19,104 bases of DNA from Candidatus Hydrogenedentota bacterium (GTDB lineage Bacteria; Hydrogenedentota; Hydrogenedentia; Hydrogenedentales; GCA-2746185): contig JAYGCN010000246.1 of NCBI GenBank assembly GCA_046583315.1, forward strand, positions 1 to 19,104. Reading direction: 5' to 3'. A model generated the notes under the pieces. The model was not told the origin of the DNA, made no database searches, and worked only from the letters and a program-made list of their open reading frames with translations. The position numbers and the translations under genes were made by a program. Every line of letters starts with the position of its first letter. Position 1 is the stretch's first letter. This document shows, piece by piece, positions 17,480 to 19,104 of the stretch.

Positions 17480-18475
17480 ATGCGCGCATGGCGATTTAGC
17501 GAATTTGGCGATATTCTTGAACAGTACAAGATGGTGGACGTGGATCGGCCCGTGCCCGAAGACGGTGAAGTCCTGATTCGACTGAACTACGCGTCGATCA
17601 ATCCCGCCGACCGTCTGCTGATCGAAGGCCTCTACCCTGGTGCAGGCGAGTTGCCCTTGACCGTCGGTCGCGATGGTTCCGGGACCGTCATCGGAACCTC
17701 CGAATCAAGTCGGTTTAACGTTGGCGACGAAGTGTTGATTTTACGCAGCACCGTCGGCATCACACGACAAGGCACGCTCGCTGAATACGTCACCGCCGGC
17801 GAATCTGTCGTTGCGCATGTGCCCGAGGGCTGGTCCATGGCCGAAACCGCTTCCGCTGCACTCGTTTATCTCACCGCATGGAAAGCCCTCGTCCTGCAAG
17901 GAAAGTTAAAAGAAGGCGAAACCGTGTTGGTCACGGGTGCCACTGGCGGCGTGGGCATCGCAGCTGTGCAACTCGCCAAGGCGATGGGTGCCAACGTGAT
18001 TGCCATGACGCGCGATGCGGCCAAAGGCGAAAAACTTCGCGAACTCGGTGCCGATCACATTGTCGACTCGGCTACCGATGATCTCGCCGGCGCGTTGCAG
18101 TCCATCGCGAAAGATGGGATAAGTCTGATCATCGAGAACATCGCCGGGCCTGAGCTGCAATCCCACATCGACGTGTGCGGACTCAACGGCCGCATCATGG
18201 TCATCGGTTTGCTCGCCGGTCGCATGAGCGAAATCAACCTGGGCCCGGTGCTGTTCAAGCAACTCCGAATCGAAGGCGTACACGTCGGAAAATTCGTGCC
18301 CAATCAGGCGCAGGAAGCCTGGAGGCGCATCGTAGACATCCTGGACAACGCCGGCGCGAAACCGCTCATCGCCGAAACCTTCCCGATGGACCAGACGCTC
18401 GAGGCCTTCGATGCCCTGCGAGCAGGTCACATGGGCAAAATAGTCATTCAGGTCGATTCGCTGAACGATGAGTAG
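17480..18475 (+). CDS. MDR-family NADPH:quinone oxidoreductase-like (zinc-independent) protein
   Basis: Motifs ASINPAD, VGRDGSG, VLVTGATGGVG and GHMGKIV. No catalytic zinc cysteines. AAGGAG RBS. Confidence 0.9.
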   Translation: MRAWRFSEFGDILEQYKMVDVDRPVPEDGEVLIRLNYASINPADRLLIEGLYPGAGELPLTVGRDGSGTVIGTSESSRFNVGDEVLILRSTVGITRQGTLAEYVTAGESVVAHVPEGWSMAETASAALVYLTAWKALVLQGKLKEGETVLVTGATGGVGIAAVQLAKAMGANVIAMTRDAAKGEKLRELGADHIVDSATDDLAGALQSIAKDGISLIIENIAGPELQSHIDVCGLNGRIMVIGLLAGRMSEINLGPVLFKQLRIEGVHVGKFVPNQAQEAWRRIVDILDNAGAKPLIAETFPMDQTLEAFDALRAGHMGKIVIQVDSLNDE

Positions 18476-19039
18476 TGTACAAATCGAAACGCCACTGGGA
18501 TTAGTCGTCTGTCGCTTTCGTATCGATGGAAAAACCCGGAGACTTCCGCCGAATTGACGCGAGCGTGCGAAATCCTCGAGGAATCGATCACCGATGCCGA
18601 CGGAATCGACGGCGGTCGCGTTGTCCGGATACGGTACAACGCGGATCGCGCCATACGCCAACTGAAATTCGAGATGCGCTGGTCGGACACGACATACCTG
18701 CCCCGCGGCAAACCGGAATGCGAACAGGGCATCAACGCACTGCGCTGGACCACCGATCAACACACCACCATCATTGCCACTGAAGACGTGCACGCGCTCA
18801 CCAGCCGACTCGCGCGCGGCCACGACATCAGCCCCGATGCCGCGAACTACCTGCACGACCTCTCCCCCGAACTCGACCACCTCGTATTCGGATTCCACAA
18901 CGACGGCCTCTCGATCCGCCTCACCGAAATTCCCAAAAACGAATTCGTGCAGCTCCACTTCGTCCTTGCCTGGAACCCCATCCCCGAACCCAAGCCCGAA
19001 GCCACCTGGTTAGCGGTGAACTTACCTTTTTCGCGATAG
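18468..19039 (+). pseudogene. Hypothetical protein split by an apparent 1-nt frameshift (pseudogene or sequencing error)
   Basis: ATG 18468 overlaps the upstream gene end and reads MSSVQIETPLGLVVCRFRIDGK, then soon stops. Adding one A in the run GGAAAAACCC (18528-18537) joins it to the 18554-19039 ORF (NPETSAELTRACEILEE...). Confidence 0.55.
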
Positions 19040-19050
19040 AAAAAGGTAAG
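19021..19050. repeat. Perfect 12-bp inverted repeat spanning the stop codon
   Basis: CTTACCTTTTTC-GCGATA-GAAAAAGGTAAG. Confidence 0.7.
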
Positions 19051-19066
19051 ACCAAAAAGAACCGGG

Positions 19067-19104
19067 AAATACTTCGTATTTACAATTGATTCTTCTTTGC
19101 TTCT
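19067..19104 (+). repeat. Intergenic REP/MITE-like repeat, copy 2 (truncated by the window end)
   Basis: AAATAC-ttc-GTATTT, TGATT and TCTTTGCTTCT appear in the same order as at 4337-4370. Confidence 0.45.

Noticed and set aside
18473..18553. In-frame TAG read-through fusing the quinone oxidoreductase to the 18554 ORF (same frame, no further stop)
   Set aside because: The oxidoreductase is complete at its normal C-terminus, no recoding machinery is visible, and a one-base indel from ATG 18468 explains the layout more simply.
17906..18958. 350-aa minus-strand ORF and other long antisense ORFs (431-1135, 1838-2548, 12398-13012, 16405-16974)
   Set aside because: These are shadow frames of well-supported genes, with no RBS or recognisable motifs.
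1..19104. CRISPR arrays, tRNA/rRNA genes, transposases, known defence systems
   Set aside because: I saw no regularly spaced repeats, cloverleaf or rRNA signatures, or matching protein motifs.

Overview
Chromosomal, mostly housekeeping and metabolic region of a diderm bacterium. It encodes a 5'-truncated ceramidase-like hydrolase, a sulfite reductase plus APS reductase pair behind an Rrf2-like operator, a small zinc-ribbon ORF, a PaaG-like crotonase, XerD, an OmpA-domain protein, a stand-alone sigma70 region-4-like HTH protein, a sigma54-driven REC-histidine kinase hybrid, a second CxxC...CxxC protein, a PrsA-like lipoprotein, a VAO/PCMH-family flavoprotein, YhbY, sigma54-driven type III glutamine synthetase, a Tat-exported Gfo/Idh/MocA oxidoreductase, an MDR quinone oxidoreductase and an apparently frameshifted hypothetical gene. 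The most unusual element is on the minus strand at about 7109-8195: a sigma70 promoter, then a 56-aa leader peptide ending ...RIWLTTSPPMEGLPN whose Pro-Pro codons are complementary to the 5' arm of a strong terminator, then a second small ORF, then the region-4-only protein. This resembles ribosome-dependent attenuation of a truncated sigma-like regulator. A short repeat (RATAC-nnn-GTATT..TGATT..TCTTTGCTTCT) follows two unrelated orphan genes (about 4337 and 19067). All calls come from reading the sequence and motifs by eye; no searches were run.
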